The notes below the pieces were generated by a model. The model was given only the letters and a program-made list of their open reading frames with translations. It did no database searches and was not told the DNA's origin. From contig CAVUWA010000005.1 of NCBI GenBank assembly GCA_963744995.1, forward strand, positions 192,001 to 256,000: DNA of 64,000 bases, written 5' to 3'. This document shows positions 23,494 through 33,604 of this stretch, piece by piece (position 1 is the stretch's first letter; each line of letters begins with the position of its first letter). Both the position numbers and the translations under genes were made by a program. The stretch comes from Candidatus Eiseniibacteriota bacterium. GTDB taxonomy: Bacteria; Eisenbacteria; RBG-16-71-46.

Positions 23494-24189
23494 CTACGGG
23501 CGTGCAAGCCCTTTCAGACCTTGCCACTCGGCGAGATCCCCGATGCGCTCGATCGTGACGTCGGCCGCCGGATAGCGCGCGACCTGCTCGCCGTCGGTGG
23601 CGTAGTGGCCCTGCCGCACGAACACCGTGGTCAGGCGCTCGCCCCACACCTCTTTCATGGCGGCGAGGATCCGCACCTTGTCGTCGACCATCACGTAGTG
23701 TCGCGCCGGGTAGCGGCGCTCGACGTCGTCGAGCATCTGTTCCTTGTGGATGTAGATCAGCACGTCGCCCGCGACCGCATCCCAGAGGCCCGAACGGGCG
23801 ACCTTGAGCGGCTGGAACACCGCGTCGCCGTCGGAGAGGATCACCGTCCTCGCCCGCTCGCGCAGCGTCCTCAGCAACTCCGGCACGCCCGGATAGAGAC
23901 GGTCGGCGAACGGGTACTGGATGAGGAACAGCGACATGCTGAGCAGGCGCGGATCGCTGCCCTGCTCGAGCCGGTAGCGCTGCAGCGTGCCCAGGTAGTC
24001 GGCGTAGCCGAGTTCGGAACGCAGCTGCTCGAACAGCGCCCAGTAGCGCTTCTCGCTCTCGCTGCCGAACCTCTCGTGCAGGTGCCGATGGAGCTCCCGC
24101 TCGACGTGATCGTTGTCGAGCAGCGTGTTGTCCACGTCCAGAAGGAACACCGTGTCGTCGCGCGCCGCGGGCGCCCCCGCTGCGCTCAC
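23494..24189 (-). CDS. HAD-superfamily hydrolase
   Basis: LDVDNTL (DxDxT), LSDG, K, MVDD motifs; GTG start overlapping xfp TGA. Confidence 0.85.
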   Translation of the reverse strand: MSAAGAPAARDDTVFLLDVDNTLLDNDHVERELHRHLHERFGSESEKRYWALFEQLRSELGYADYLGTLQRYRLEQGSDPRLLSMSLFLIQYPFADRLYPGVPELLRTLRERARTVILSDGDAVFQPLKVARSGLWDAVAGDVLIYIHKEQMLDDVERRYPARHYVMVDDKVRILAAMKEVWGERLTTVFVRQGHYATDGEQVARYPAADVTIERIGDLAEWQGLKGLARP

Positions 24190-26603
24190 CGGGACCGCCG
24201 CGATGCTTTGCTGCGCCGGCGCGGGCGGACCGCGGTGCCCGTCGGGCCGCCCCACTGCCAGTCGCGGATCTCCGGCAGGTCTTCACCGTACTGGCGTACG
24301 TATGCTTTGTGCTCGATCAGCCGGTCGCGGAGGAACTGCTTCAGGTAGGCCGTCTTCGCCCCGAGGCCCGGCACCCGATCGATGACGTCGCCGACCAGGT
24401 GGAACCGGTCGAGATCGTTCAGGACCACCATGTCGAACGGCGTGGTCGTGGTGCCTTCCTCCTTGTAGCCGCGCACGTGGAGGTTGCCATGGTTCGTGCG
24501 GCGATACGTCAGACGGTGGATCAGCCACGGGTAGCCGTGGAAGGCGAAGATGATCGGTTTGTCGGTGGTGAAGATCACGTCGAAGTCACGGTCGGCGAGC
24601 CCGTGTGGATGTTCGCTCTTGGGCTGCAGGGTCATGAGATCGACGACGTTCACCACGCGTACCGCGAGGTCCGGCAGGTGTTCGCGGAGCAGGGCCACGG
24701 CGGCCAGCGTCTCCACGGTGGGCACGTCGCCGGCGCACGCCATCACCACGTCCGGTTCGCGGCCGCGGTCGTTGCTGGCCCACTCCCAGATGCCGATGCC
24801 GGTGGTGCAGTGCTTGACCGCCGCGTCCATGTCGAGCCACTGGATCTCGGGCTGCTTGCCGGCCACGATCACGTTCACGTAGTTGCGGCTGCGCAGGCAG
24901 TGGTCCACCACCGAGAGCAGCGTGTTCGCATCCGGCGGCAGATAGATACGGATCACGTCGGCTTTCTTGTTGGCGACATGGTCGATGAAGCCCGGGTCCT
25001 GATGACTGAAGCCGTTGTGATCCTGACGCCACACGTGCGAGGTGAGCAGGTAGTTGAGCGAGGCGATCGGCCGCCGCCACTCGATGTCGCGCGTCACCTT
25101 CAACCACTTCGCGTGCTGGTTGAACATCGAATCCACGATGTGGATGAACGCCTCGTAGCACGAGAAGAAGCCGTGCCGGCCCGACAGCAGGTAGCCTTCG
25201 AGCCACCCCTGGCACAGGTGCTCGCTCAGCACTTCCATCACCCGGCCGTCCGGCGCGAGATGCTCGTCGGTGTCCTTCCGCTCGGCGACCCACTGCCGGT
25301 CGGTCGCCTCGAACACGGCCGCGAGGCGGTTGGAGGCGGTTTCATCGGGTCCGAACAGGCGGAAGTTGCGCTCCGCTGCATTCGCCTTCATGACGTCGCG
25401 CAGGAAAGCGCCCGCCACGCGCGTGGCCTCGGCACGCACCGTGCCCGGGCTGCGCACCTCGACGGCGTAGTCGCGGAAGTCCGGCAGGCGCAGATCGCGC
25501 AGCAGCCGCCCGCCGTTGGCGTAGGGGCTTGCGCCCATGCGCCGGTCGCCCCTGGGCGCCAGTGCGGCGATCTCCGGCTGGAGCCGCCCCTCGGCGTCGA
25601 ACAGCTCGCGCGGCCGGTAGCTCTTCATCCAGCGCTCGAGCATCGCGAGGTGCTTCGGATTCGTGCGAACGCCGGCGAGCGGCACCTGATGGGCGCGGCT
25701 GGTGCCCTCGACCTGCACGCCATCCACGCGCTTCGGCCCCGTCCAGCCCTTGGGCGTCTTCATCACGATCATCGGCCACGCCGGCCGTCGCTTGAATCCC
25801 CTGCGCCGTGCGTCCGACTGGATCTTGCGGATCTTCTGGAGCGCGCGGTCGAGCGCCGATGCCATCTGCCGATGCACTTTTTCCGGTTCGTCGCCCTCGA
25901 CCACCAGCGGCTCATGACCGTAGCCCCGGAGCAATGCCTCGAGCTCGGCGCGCGGAATGCGCGCGAGCAGGGTCGGGTTCGCGATCTTGTAGCCGTTCAG
26001 GTGCAGGATCGGCAGCACCGCGCCGTCCGTCGCCGGGTTCAGGAACTTGTTCGAGTGCCAGCTCGCCGCGAGCGCGCCGGTCTCCGCCTCGCCGTCGCCG
26101 ATGGCGCAGGCGACGATCAGACCCGGATGGTCGAACGCCGCGCCGTAGGCGTGCGCGAGGCTGTAACCCAGCTCACCGCCCTCGTTGATCGAGCCCGGCG
26201 TTTCCGGCGCATCGTGGCTGGGCACGCCGCCCGGGAACGAGAACTGCTTGAAGAGCCGCTGCATGCCGCGTGCGTCCGCCGAGACGCCCGGGTAGAGCTC
26301 GCTGTAGGTGCCTTCGAGATACGTGTTGGCGACCAGCGCCGGCCCGCCGTGCCCGGGCCCGACCACGAAGATCATGCGCAGGTCGTGCGCCGTGATCAGC
26401 CGGTTCAGATGCACGTAGATGAAGTTGAGCCCCGGCGTCGTGCCCCAGTGCCCGAGCAGCCGCGGCTTCACGTGCCGGGGCTCGAGCCGCTGCCTGAGCA
26501 ACGGATTGTCGAGCAGGTAGATCTGACCGACGGACAGGTAGTTCGCCGCACGCCACCACGCGTTCATGCGGGCGAGCAGACCGGGCGCGATCGCCGAGGG
26601 CAT
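24186..26603 (-). CDS. xfp: Phosphoketolase (xylulose-5-P/fructose-6-P)
   Basis: [49 protein letters not shown]. Confidence 0.96.
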   Translation of the reverse strand: MPSAIAPGLLARMNAWWRAANYLSVGQIYLLDNPLLRQRLEPRHVKPRLLGHWGTTPGLNFIYVHLNRLITAHDLRMIFVVGPGHGGPALVANTYLEGTYSELYPGVSADARGMQRLFKQFSFPGGVPSHDAPETPGSINEGGELGYSLAHAYGAAFDHPGLIVACAIGDGEAETGALAASWHSNKFLNPATDGAVLPILHLNGYKIANPTLLARIPRAELEALLRGYGHEPLVVEGDEPEKVHRQMASALDRALQKIRKIQSDARRRGFKRRPAWPMIVMKTPKGWTGPKRVDGVQVEGTSRAHQVPLAGVRTNPKHLAMLERWMKSYRPRELFDAEGRLQPEIAALAPRGDRRMGASPYANGGRLLRDLRLPDFRDYAVEVRSPGTVRAEATRVAGAFLRDVMKANAAERNFRLFGPDETASNRLAAVFEATDRQWVAERKDTDEHLAPDGRVMEVLSEHLCQGWLEGYLLSGRHGFFSCYEAFIHIVDSMFNQHAKWLKVTRDIEWRRPIASLNYLLTSHVWRQDHNGFSHQDPGFIDHVANKKADVIRIYLPPDANTLLSVVDHCLRSRNYVNVIVAGKQPEIQWLDMDAAVKHCTTGIGIWEWASNDRGREPDVVMACAGDVPTVETLAAVALLREHLPDLAVRVVNVVDLMTLQPKSEHPHGLADRDFDVIFTTDKPIIFAFHGYPWLIHRLTYRRTNHGNLHVRGYKEEGTTTTPFDMVVLNDLDRFHLVGDVIDRVPGLGAKTAYLKQFLRDRLIEHKAYVRQYGEDLPEIRDWQWGGPTGTAVRPRRRSKASRRSR

Positions 26604-26733
26604 CGGAGCGGACTCCAGTGCGCGAGGATTCGTACGGGAGGTGAGCGGCCGCCGCTCGCTGCGCGCGGCCGGGTGCGGGCAGTCGCGGGGCGGCGGCGCT
26701 CGCGCTTCGCCCGCCCCGTTTCTGCACCTGCGG

Positions 26734-26949
26734 TCAGTTCTGCTCGAGCAGCTCCTTTTCCGCCTGGAGCCAGTCGCTCTGCGGATCGCCACCCTTTCCG
26801 TCACGCGCCAGATAGAGCTCGTAGGCCCTGCGTTCGATGGCCTCGCGCGGTGGGGCGGTCGCGGTCGCGGTAGCGGTGGCGCCGGAGTCAGCGCCCGGCC
26901 TGGCTGTGACCTTCGCCGGCTTGCGTGCAACTTTCTTCTTCGTGACCAT
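26734..26949 (-). CDS. DUF2934-domain small protein with basic N-terminus
   Basis: [12 protein letters not shown]...[19 protein letters not shown]. Confidence 0.85.
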   Translation of the reverse strand: MVTKKKVARKPAKVTARPGADSGATATATATAPPREAIERRAYELYLARDGKGGDPQSDWLQAEKELLEQN

Positions 26950-26996
26950 GGCTCGGACCTCCTGTCGATGCATGTCCTCGAATTCTGCGCGGCCAA

Positions 26997-27014
26997 GAGC
27001 AAATGGGACGCCGT
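26997..27014 (-). promoter_or_regulatory. Possible sigma54 (-24/-12) promoter
   Basis: Minus strand CGGCGTCCCATTTGCT: GG-N10-GC with TTGC, ~50 bp upstream of the DUF2934 gene. Confidence 0.4.
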
Positions 27015-27189
27015 TGCGTCCCGCAGCGGACGCGGGTTGCCGGAAGATCGCCCGGCCCTTGCCCGCTCATTCTTCCACCCAACGGCACATCGCGGTCAAA
27101 TCACAGGGGGTTGTCAGGTCGGGCGGGGGCCAGGGCTGGACGCGGGCGCGAGGAGCGCCGGCGCGACAACGCGTCGCGCGCGTCATTCC

Positions 27190-27208
27190 TGCCGGGAACG
27201 GGGCTCCA
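27190..27208 (-). repeat. Weak copy of tRNA-Leu 3' end (possible distal att)
   Basis: TGCCGGGAACGGGGCTCCA vs tRNA TGCCGGGAGCAGGGATCGA, 15/19 by eye. Confidence 0.35.
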
Positions 27209-27327
27209 GGCGGCGTCGGCCATCTGGACGAAGCGCTGACCGGGTTCCTGAGTGGCGATCCCGCTGCCCGTTTCGCTCAGCGCGTGCGGATCCGATCGAG
27301 GTGGGGCGAAGTCTCCCCGAAGCCCCT

Positions 27328-29616
27328 TCAGCGAACGACGACGTGCCGGGCCGTCCCGGTTCCGTCAGGTGTGCGGACCTGCACGAAATACACCCCCGCC
27401 GGGACGGTGTCCCCCGCTTCGTCGCGACCATCCCACCGCAGCTCGTGACGCCCGATGTCGAGGGCACCATCGAACAGCGCGCGAACCAGGCGTCCCCTCA
27501 CGTCGTACACGGCGACTCGAGCCGGCCCGGCGCGGCGATTCTGGAAGCGAACCACCGACTGAGCCGAGCTGGGATTCGGCAGAACCCCCGGCCGCAGCGT
27601 CGCCACGGCTGCAAGACGTGGAGCGACACGGCCGGGTGACTCGCACTGCACGGGCAGAACCTGGAGCCCGTAGCGGAAGCCACTCTCGGTATATCCACCC
27701 CCGGTGGCGTAGACGTAGCCGCCCGAAAACGCTGCGTCCTCAGGACCGGCGACCGGCGCGGACCCCACGAGCCGGGGGCTTTGCGGGTCACGAACGTCGA
27801 TCACTTGAAGCGTACCCACCTCGATGTAGGCGTAGGAGCCCGACACCGCGACCCCGGTGATCCACCCCGTTTGCAGGCTCCCCACGACGACCGGGTCCCG
27901 CGGGTTCGTGATGTCCACGACCAGCAGGCGAAAGGAGTCCGCGACGTAGGCATGCGTGCCGGAAACCGCCACGCCCAGCGCCTGTTCCGTCGCGACGTGC
28001 CCGACGATCCGAGGGTAGCCGGGATTCGTGACGTCGATGACCTGAAGACCACCGGTCCCGTCGGCGACGTAGGCGTAGGTGCCCGAGACTGCCACATCGT
28101 AGACGCCCGGCCCGGGCGTATCGACACTCCCCACGACCTGAGGGTTCACGGGATCGGCGATGTCGATCACCTTGAGACCCGCGTACGAGTCCCCCACGTA
28201 GGCATGGGTGCCCGAGATGACGACCCGCGAGGCGTTCTGGGTGTCCACGCTGCCTGCAATCCGGGGATTCCCGGGATCCGTGATGTCGATCGCCTGAAGG
28301 CCGCTCGTCCCGATCGCGACGTACGCGTAGGCGCCCGAGACGGCCACGTCCCAAGCGGGATTCGGTGTGTCCACCCTGCCTGCGACCCGGGGGTCCCGAG
28401 GATCCGCGACTTCGATGACCTGAAGGCCGCTGCTTCCATCTGCGACGCAGGCGTAGTTGCCCGATACGGCCACCCCCCTGGCGTCACCCAGCGTGGCCGC
28501 GCTGCGGATGAGCGGGGGGGTCCAGGGAGATGAGACATCGATGATGTCGACCCCTCCTCCTGTCGCGACGCAGGCGTAGGCGCCCGCGATGACGACATCC
28601 CCGTTCGAACTCGGAAACACCACGCTGCCCACGATCTCGAGGCTCCGGGGATTCGTGATGTCAACGACTTGAAGGCCGTACGATGCGACGTAGGCATGCG
28701 TTCCCAGGACGGTGACGCTCCCGGCAAACATGGGAAGGCCGTCCACGATCTGGGGGCGCCGAGGGTCCGAGACGTCGAGGACCTGGAGGCCGCCGCCCCC
28801 GGCTGCGACGTACGCGAAGTCGCCACCGACGGCCACGTCATAGGCGGTGCCCGGAGAATCCGCGCCGCCGACGACATCGGGGGCCCGAGGGTCCGAGATA
28901 TCGACCACTCGAAGGCCGCCCGCCCGATCCGCAACGTACGCGAAGTTACCGCGGACGGTCACGTCGAGGGCGGCGTCGGGCGTGTTGGCGCTGCCTGCGA
29001 TCCCGGGGGTCCGGGGATTCGAGACGTCGACCACTTGAAGGCCGCCCAACCCATCTGCGACATAGGCATGGGCACCCCGAACAGCGACGCCTGCGGCCCA
29101 GCCCGGAGTATCGACGCTGCCCACGATATGAGGATTCCGCGGATCATGGACGTCGATCACATGAAGGCCACTGCCCCCGTCTGTGACGTACGCGTGGCTG
29201 CCGCGGACGGCCACATTCGTGGCGTATCCGGGCAAGTCCACTCGCCCGACGGACTCGGGGTTTTGGGGATCCCTGATGTCGACCACCACGAGGCTGCTCG
29301 GTGAGTGCGGAGGGCGAAGCTCTTCGTCCGTATAGTTCGCGGCCACGTAGAGGTAGGTCCCCCTGACTGCAACGCCGGCGCCAAAAGGGACGTCCACGCT
29401 GGAAACCCGGCGCAGATAGTCGCCCCCTCCGTAATCGACGCACGTGGCGAAGGCCGTTGAGACCAGAGGTACGCACGCCAGCACCACGATCGTGAATTGG
29501 AGCCGCAGCAAGGCAGCGCACGGCCACGGGGCGGAGGCTGATCCTGCTCCCGGCTTCGTCGCATTCCTGGAAGTGCGCCCCCCACCGGGGCAAGCACGTC
29601 GTAGCACCGCGTACAT
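27328..29616 (-). CDS. Secreted LVIVD-repeat protein with FlgD-Ig C-terminal domain
   Basis: Many AYVADGxxGLQVIDVxDPxxP repeats; PNP...YDVRGRLV...WDGRD...GVYFV tail; start uncertain. Confidence 0.88.
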   Translation of the reverse strand: MYAVLRRACPGGGRTSRNATKPGAGSASAPWPCAALLRLQFTIVVLACVPLVSTAFATCVDYGGGDYLRRVSSVDVPFGAGVAVRGTYLYVAANYTDEELRPPHSPSSLVVVDIRDPQNPESVGRVDLPGYATNVAVRGSHAYVTDGGSGLHVIDVHDPRNPHIVGSVDTPGWAAGVAVRGAHAYVADGLGGLQVVDVSNPRTPGIAGSANTPDAALDVTVRGNFAYVADRAGGLRVVDISDPRAPDVVGGADSPGTAYDVAVGGDFAYVAAGGGGLQVLDVSDPRRPQIVDGLPMFAGSVTVLGTHAYVASYGLQVVDITNPRSLEIVGSVVFPSSNGDVVIAGAYACVATGGGVDIIDVSSPWTPPLIRSAATLGDARGVAVSGNYACVADGSSGLQVIEVADPRDPRVAGRVDTPNPAWDVAVSGAYAYVAIGTSGLQAIDITDPGNPRIAGSVDTQNASRVVISGTHAYVGDSYAGLKVIDIADPVNPQVVGSVDTPGPGVYDVAVSGTYAYVADGTGGLQVIDVTNPGYPRIVGHVATEQALGVAVSGTHAYVADSFRLLVVDITNPRDPVVVGSLQTGWITGVAVSGSYAYIEVGTLQVIDVRDPQSPRLVGSAPVAGPEDAAFSGGYVYATGGGYTESGFRYGLQVLPVQCESPGRVAPRLAAVATLRPGVLPNPSSAQSVVRFQNRRAGPARVAVYDVRGRLVRALFDGALDIGRHELRWDGRDEAGDTVPAGVYFVQVRTPDGTGTARHVVVR

Positions 29617-29733
29617 GGGGTCTCCCTTCACGATGACCTCGGGACGAGGCGGCGGCGAACCCTCCAATTCGGGATCTGCATCTGCCGAAAGCGGGCACGG
29701 CCGTCGAATTCCCGTCTCGACCCGTCTCTCCTT

Positions 29734-29762
29734 CATGCGCGATTCGGCGCCCACCTGTAACC
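29734..29762 (-). promoter_or_regulatory. Putative ECF promoter, copy 1
   Basis: Minus strand GGTTACA-N16-CGCATG upstream of the LVIVD gene. Confidence 0.7.
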
Positions 29763-29933
29763 TGGCGCAGGCATGAGGCGGAGCCGCCACTGGAGCCCCA
29801 CTCCTCCGGCCGCAGCACCTCTTGCGGCCTCCGCCAGCGAGTGCGAAAATTTCCGCGAAAGCGCTCAGGCCCGTCTCCGGCCCGGCGGCGGCTCCCCAGG
29901 GGCGCGTAGTCACCCGAATCGGACGGGAGCGCA

Positions 29934-30533
29934 ATGCCCGACAGAGACTTGACCCGGGCGCTGGCCGACGCGACGCGTGATCGCGAGACCCACCAGGGAG
30001 AGATCGCCCAGATCTTCTCGGCCGTCTACGACGAGCTGCGGGCACTGGCCAGGCGCCAGATGGGCCGGGAGCGCGCCGATCACACGCTGCAGCCGACCGC
30101 GCTCGTGAACGAAGCCTATCTCCGCCTGGTCGACGACTCCCGCCTGGGGTGGGAGTCCCGCGCCCACTTCTTCGGGATCGCCGCGCGGGCCATGCGCCAG
30201 GTGCTGATCGACCACGCTCGTCGCCGCAACAGCGCCAAGCGCGGCGGCGGATGGGAACGGCTCCGCCTGGAGACCCGGGAGCTGGTCTCCCCGGAAGACG
30301 GTGTGCCGGCGATCGATCTCGAAAGGACACTGACGCGACTCCATGAGCTCCACCCGAGGAGTGCGGAGGTGGTCGAGCTGCGCGTCTTCGCGGGTCTCTC
30401 GGGAGCGGAAATCGGCAGCTTGCTGGGCGTGAGTCGCAAGACCGTCGTCGGCGACTGGCGGTTCGCATGCATGTGGCTGGGATCCGCGCTGTCCGATCAG
30501 GAATCGCGACCGGCACACGAAGCCAAGGACTGA
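29934..30533 (+). CDS. ECF43-like (kinase-associated, TIGR02999-type) RNA polymerase sigma factor
   Basis: YDELR.LA, HTLQPTALVNEAYLRL, RAHFF.IAARAMRQVLIDHAR..KRGG; region 4 HTH; kinase gene starts 2 bp after stop. Confidence 0.92.
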   Translation: MPDRDLTRALADATRDRETHQGEIAQIFSAVYDELRALARRQMGRERADHTLQPTALVNEAYLRLVDDSRLGWESRAHFFGIAARAMRQVLIDHARRRNSAKRGGGWERLRLETRELVSPEDGVPAIDLERTLTRLHELHPRSAEVVELRVFAGLSGAEIGSLLGVSRKTVVGDWRFACMWLGSALSDQESRPAHEAKD

Positions 30534-30535
30534 GG

Positions 30536-33514
30536 ATGGAACCGGCCGCGTTCGCAAGGCTCCGCGCCATCGTTCTCTCGGTGGCATCCGCGCCGCCGGA
30601 GAGGCGCGAGGAGGTGCTCGTCCGCGAGTGCGGGGAGGACGGCGCGCTTCGCGCCACAGTGCTCCGCCTGCTGGAGTTCGACCCGGGCGAGTCGGAGCTG
30701 GACGGGCCCGAGCGCAGGTCCGGCGGCGTCGGCCTGCTCACGGCCTCTATCCTCACCGAGCTCGGCGAGGCCCCTCCTCCTCCCGGTGGCGCCGAAGCGC
30801 TCGATGACCCGGGTGAGCTCGCTTCTCTGGAACGTCCACCCACGGCCGATGCGATTCCCGGCTACCACATCATCCGCAAGCTCGGCGAGGGTGGGATGGG
30901 TGCGGTCTACCTGGCGGAAGACGTGAAGCTCGCGAGGCGTGTGGCGCTCAAGTTCCTGCGGCGCGATCTCGTCGTGCCCGGAACGCTGACCCGGTTCATC
31001 CATGAGGCTCGCGCCGCGGCGGCCATCGACCATCCCAACATCTGCACGGTCTACGGGATTCACGAGGCCGAGGGACGGGCGTTCATTGCGATGGCCTACG
31101 TCGAAGGGATGACGCTCCGGCAGCGCATCGCCTCGGGTCCCCTGCCGGTCGACCGGACCATCGAGATCGGCCTGCAGATCGCCCGCGGCCTCCGCGTCAC
31201 CCACGAGAAGGGGATCATCCACCGGGATCTCAAGCCGTCCAACGTGATGCTTTCCGCCGATGGCACGGTCAAGATCGTGGACTTCGGGATCGCGCAGTCG
31301 CGCGATCGACTGAGTGTCGGGAGAGGCGGGGCACGCATGGGGACGATTTCATACATGTCGCCGGAACAGCTGCGGGGCGAGCACGTCGATCATCGCGCCG
31401 ACACCTGGGCGCTGGGAGTCGTTCTCTTCGAGATGCTCTCCGGCCGTCTGCCCTTTGGCGGCGATTCGGATCAGACGCTCAGCCGCCACATCGTTCACGA
31501 CGAGCCGCTGCGGCTGGCGAAGATCCGCGACGATGTTCCCGCTCCGTTGCGTGCCCTGATCGGGCGCTGTCTCTCGAAAGAGCCGGCCGGGCGGCCGGAT
31601 GCAGTCGAGATCGCGCGCGTGCTCGAGCCGCTTCGACCGTCGTCCCTCACGGTTCGCGGGATTCGCCGGCACGGCGGCTGGATTCTCGCGGCCACGGCGT
31701 TCGCAACACTGGTGGTCCTGGTTGCCGTCGCCGGATCATGGCGAGGGTGGTTCGGCGCGGGACGGGAAACGGGCCCGCCCAGGGCCCACCTGACGAGGCT
31801 CACGGTGCTTCCCCAGGACGTGGGCGGTGCGCTGCTTCCCGGCGCCCTCTCTCCGGATGGTCGATCCCTCGCGCTTCCCCTTCGTCACCTGCGTGGTGAC
31901 TGGGCCACGATCGGCGTGTTCTCGATCGAAACGGGGCAGACCCGATATATCGATATGCCCCAGGGCGAAGCATACAGCGTGGGGTGGATGCCGGACGGGG
32001 AGACGCTGCTCACGTTCGAGTACCGCGGTGACCTTCCCTGGCGCCAACGCAGGTTCAGCGACGACTCCCGCACGCAGATCTGGCTTCGCAACATCACCAC
32101 GAACCAGGGCCGGAGGCTCTACGAACATCCGCACTACACCGAAGCGCTGTGGCCCGTGGCATCGCCGGACGGAGCGAAGATTGCCATGTTCCGGGGAAAC
32201 CTCCGCGGCCTATGGGTCATGGACACGTCGGGAGGCGAGCCACGCAAGATCCGGGAGGTGCCTGCGGGTGAGCAGATCCACAGTCTCATCTGGTCGCCGA
32301 GCGGTTCCCGTGTCGCGTACGTCCGCTCTCTCGATGACGCGCCGGGCGGTCTGGCGAACATCGAGACCTGCGATCTCGAGGGGACGACGCACGTGATCCT
32401 CGGGGGGCTGGCCGACCTCGATCCGGGGCAAAACTACGTCGCTCTCTGCTGGCTGCCGGACGGCCGTCTGATCTTCACCCGCTATGCGAACTTCCTCAGA
32501 ACGAGGGCGGCGCTGTGGTCCATCCGTGTTGATCCGGCCACCGGCGTCAGGGACGGGGCGCCGGTGCAGCTCGCCGAGATGGACGGCGCGGCGCTCGGGC
32601 AGCCCACGGCGTCCGCGGACGGCCGGCGGCTGGCCTTCTACCGGTGGCAGGCCAACCTGCGGCCCTCCCTGCTCGAGCTGGATGCGGACGGCGACAGCGT
32701 CGGCGTCGGACGCTGGACCTCGCAGAACTGGCCCGCGATGCCCGGCGCATGGACGAGGCGCGGACGCAAGCTCTTCTTCAGCGTCGAGGCGTCGAACGGA
32801 GATTGCGACATCTACGCCCAGGACATGGAGACGGGGCTCGCGGAGCCGGTCGCAGCGACACCGAAGCAGGACTACGTGGCCTGTCTGACGCCGGGAGGCT
32901 CGGATCTTCTGTTCTGGCAGGGGAACCGACTCGAGCGGATGCCGCTGGACGGTGGCGGGACCGTGGAGATCTTCCGAAGCTCGACACCGGTGAACTTCCT
33001 TTGGGATGCCATCGAGAGGGTGATGTGCTCGAACGAGCCGGGCTCGCGTTGCGTCTTCAAGCGGGTCGAAGGGGACTCGACGGCTTTCTACGGGTTCGAT
33101 CCCCGCGACGGCTCCTTGCACGAGGAACTCGCCCGCGTCGGATTCCGCCTGCAGCCGCCGTCGGGCCGCTGCGACCTGTCTCCCGACGGCACGCGGATCG
33201 CGATCGTGGCGAAGGGGGCGCTCTGGATGCTGGAGCTCGACGATCAATCGATCCGGAAGATCGAGGCCGAGTGGCGGGGCGTCCCGGAGAGCGTCTCCTG
33301 GTCCGGAGACGGGACGTGGCTGTGCGTCGTCGGAGTGGCCGGCGAAGCCGGCAGCTGGGTGAGGCGAGTCGATCTCGATGGCCACTCGACCGTCCTGTGG
33401 CGATCCGACGAAGTTGGGGCCTTGCCCATCACTGTTCTCTCACCCGATGGATCCGGCGTGCCGCTGACCGTGGTCCACGGGGAGACCGATGTGTGGATGT
33501 TGGAGAACGATTGA
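30536..33514 (+). CDS. Membrane Ser/Thr kinase with extracytoplasmic TolB-like propeller(s)
   Basis: LGEGGMGAVY, HRDLKPSN, DFGIA, YMSPE; TM helix WILAATAFATLVVLVAVA; SPDG/WLPDG repeats. Confidence 0.92.
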   Translation: MEPAAFARLRAIVLSVASAPPERREEVLVRECGEDGALRATVLRLLEFDPGESELDGPERRSGGVGLLTASILTELGEAPPPPGGAEALDDPGELASLERPPTADAIPGYHIIRKLGEGGMGAVYLAEDVKLARRVALKFLRRDLVVPGTLTRFIHEARAAAAIDHPNICTVYGIHEAEGRAFIAMAYVEGMTLRQRIASGPLPVDRTIEIGLQIARGLRVTHEKGIIHRDLKPSNVMLSADGTVKIVDFGIAQSRDRLSVGRGGARMGTISYMSPEQLRGEHVDHRADTWALGVVLFEMLSGRLPFGGDSDQTLSRHIVHDEPLRLAKIRDDVPAPLRALIGRCLSKEPAGRPDAVEIARVLEPLRPSSLTVRGIRRHGGWILAATAFATLVVLVAVAGSWRGWFGAGRETGPPRAHLTRLTVLPQDVGGALLPGALSPDGRSLALPLRHLRGDWATIGVFSIETGQTRYIDMPQGEAYSVGWMPDGETLLTFEYRGDLPWRQRRFSDDSRTQIWLRNITTNQGRRLYEHPHYTEALWPVASPDGAKIAMFRGNLRGLWVMDTSGGEPRKIREVPAGEQIHSLIWSPSGSRVAYVRSLDDAPGGLANIETCDLEGTTHVILGGLADLDPGQNYVALCWLPDGRLIFTRYANFLRTRAALWSIRVDPATGVRDGAPVQLAEMDGAALGQPTASADGRRLAFYRWQANLRPSLLELDADGDSVGVGRWTSQNWPAMPGAWTRRGRKLFFSVEASNGDCDIYAQDMETGLAEPVAATPKQDYVACLTPGGSDLLFWQGNRLERMPLDGGGTVEIFRSSTPVNFLWDAIERVMCSNEPGSRCVFKRVEGDSTAFYGFDPRDGSLHEELARVGFRLQPPSGRCDLSPDGTRIAIVAKGALWMLELDDQSIRKIEAEWRGVPESVSWSGDGTWLCVVGVAGEAGSWVRRVDLDGHSTVLWRSDEVGALPITVLSPDGSGVPLTVVHGETDVWMLEND

Positions 33515-33604
33515 GCTTCCGAACCGCGGGCTCGCACTCGGTCTCAAAGTCCAGCCCAGCGACGCCCTGAGGTCCTCCGGGCCGCCTGCCACGCTCGTTT
33601 CCTC

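Noticed and set aside
26856..26882. (GCGGTN)n short tandem repeat
   Set aside because: In-frame hexamer encoding an Ala-Thr linker; not a phase-variation tract.
27700..29400. Periodic DNA repeats in LVIVD and NHL genes as CRISPR or DGR-like arrays
   Set aside because: In-frame, degenerate protein repeats; no spacers, cas genes or reverse transcriptase.
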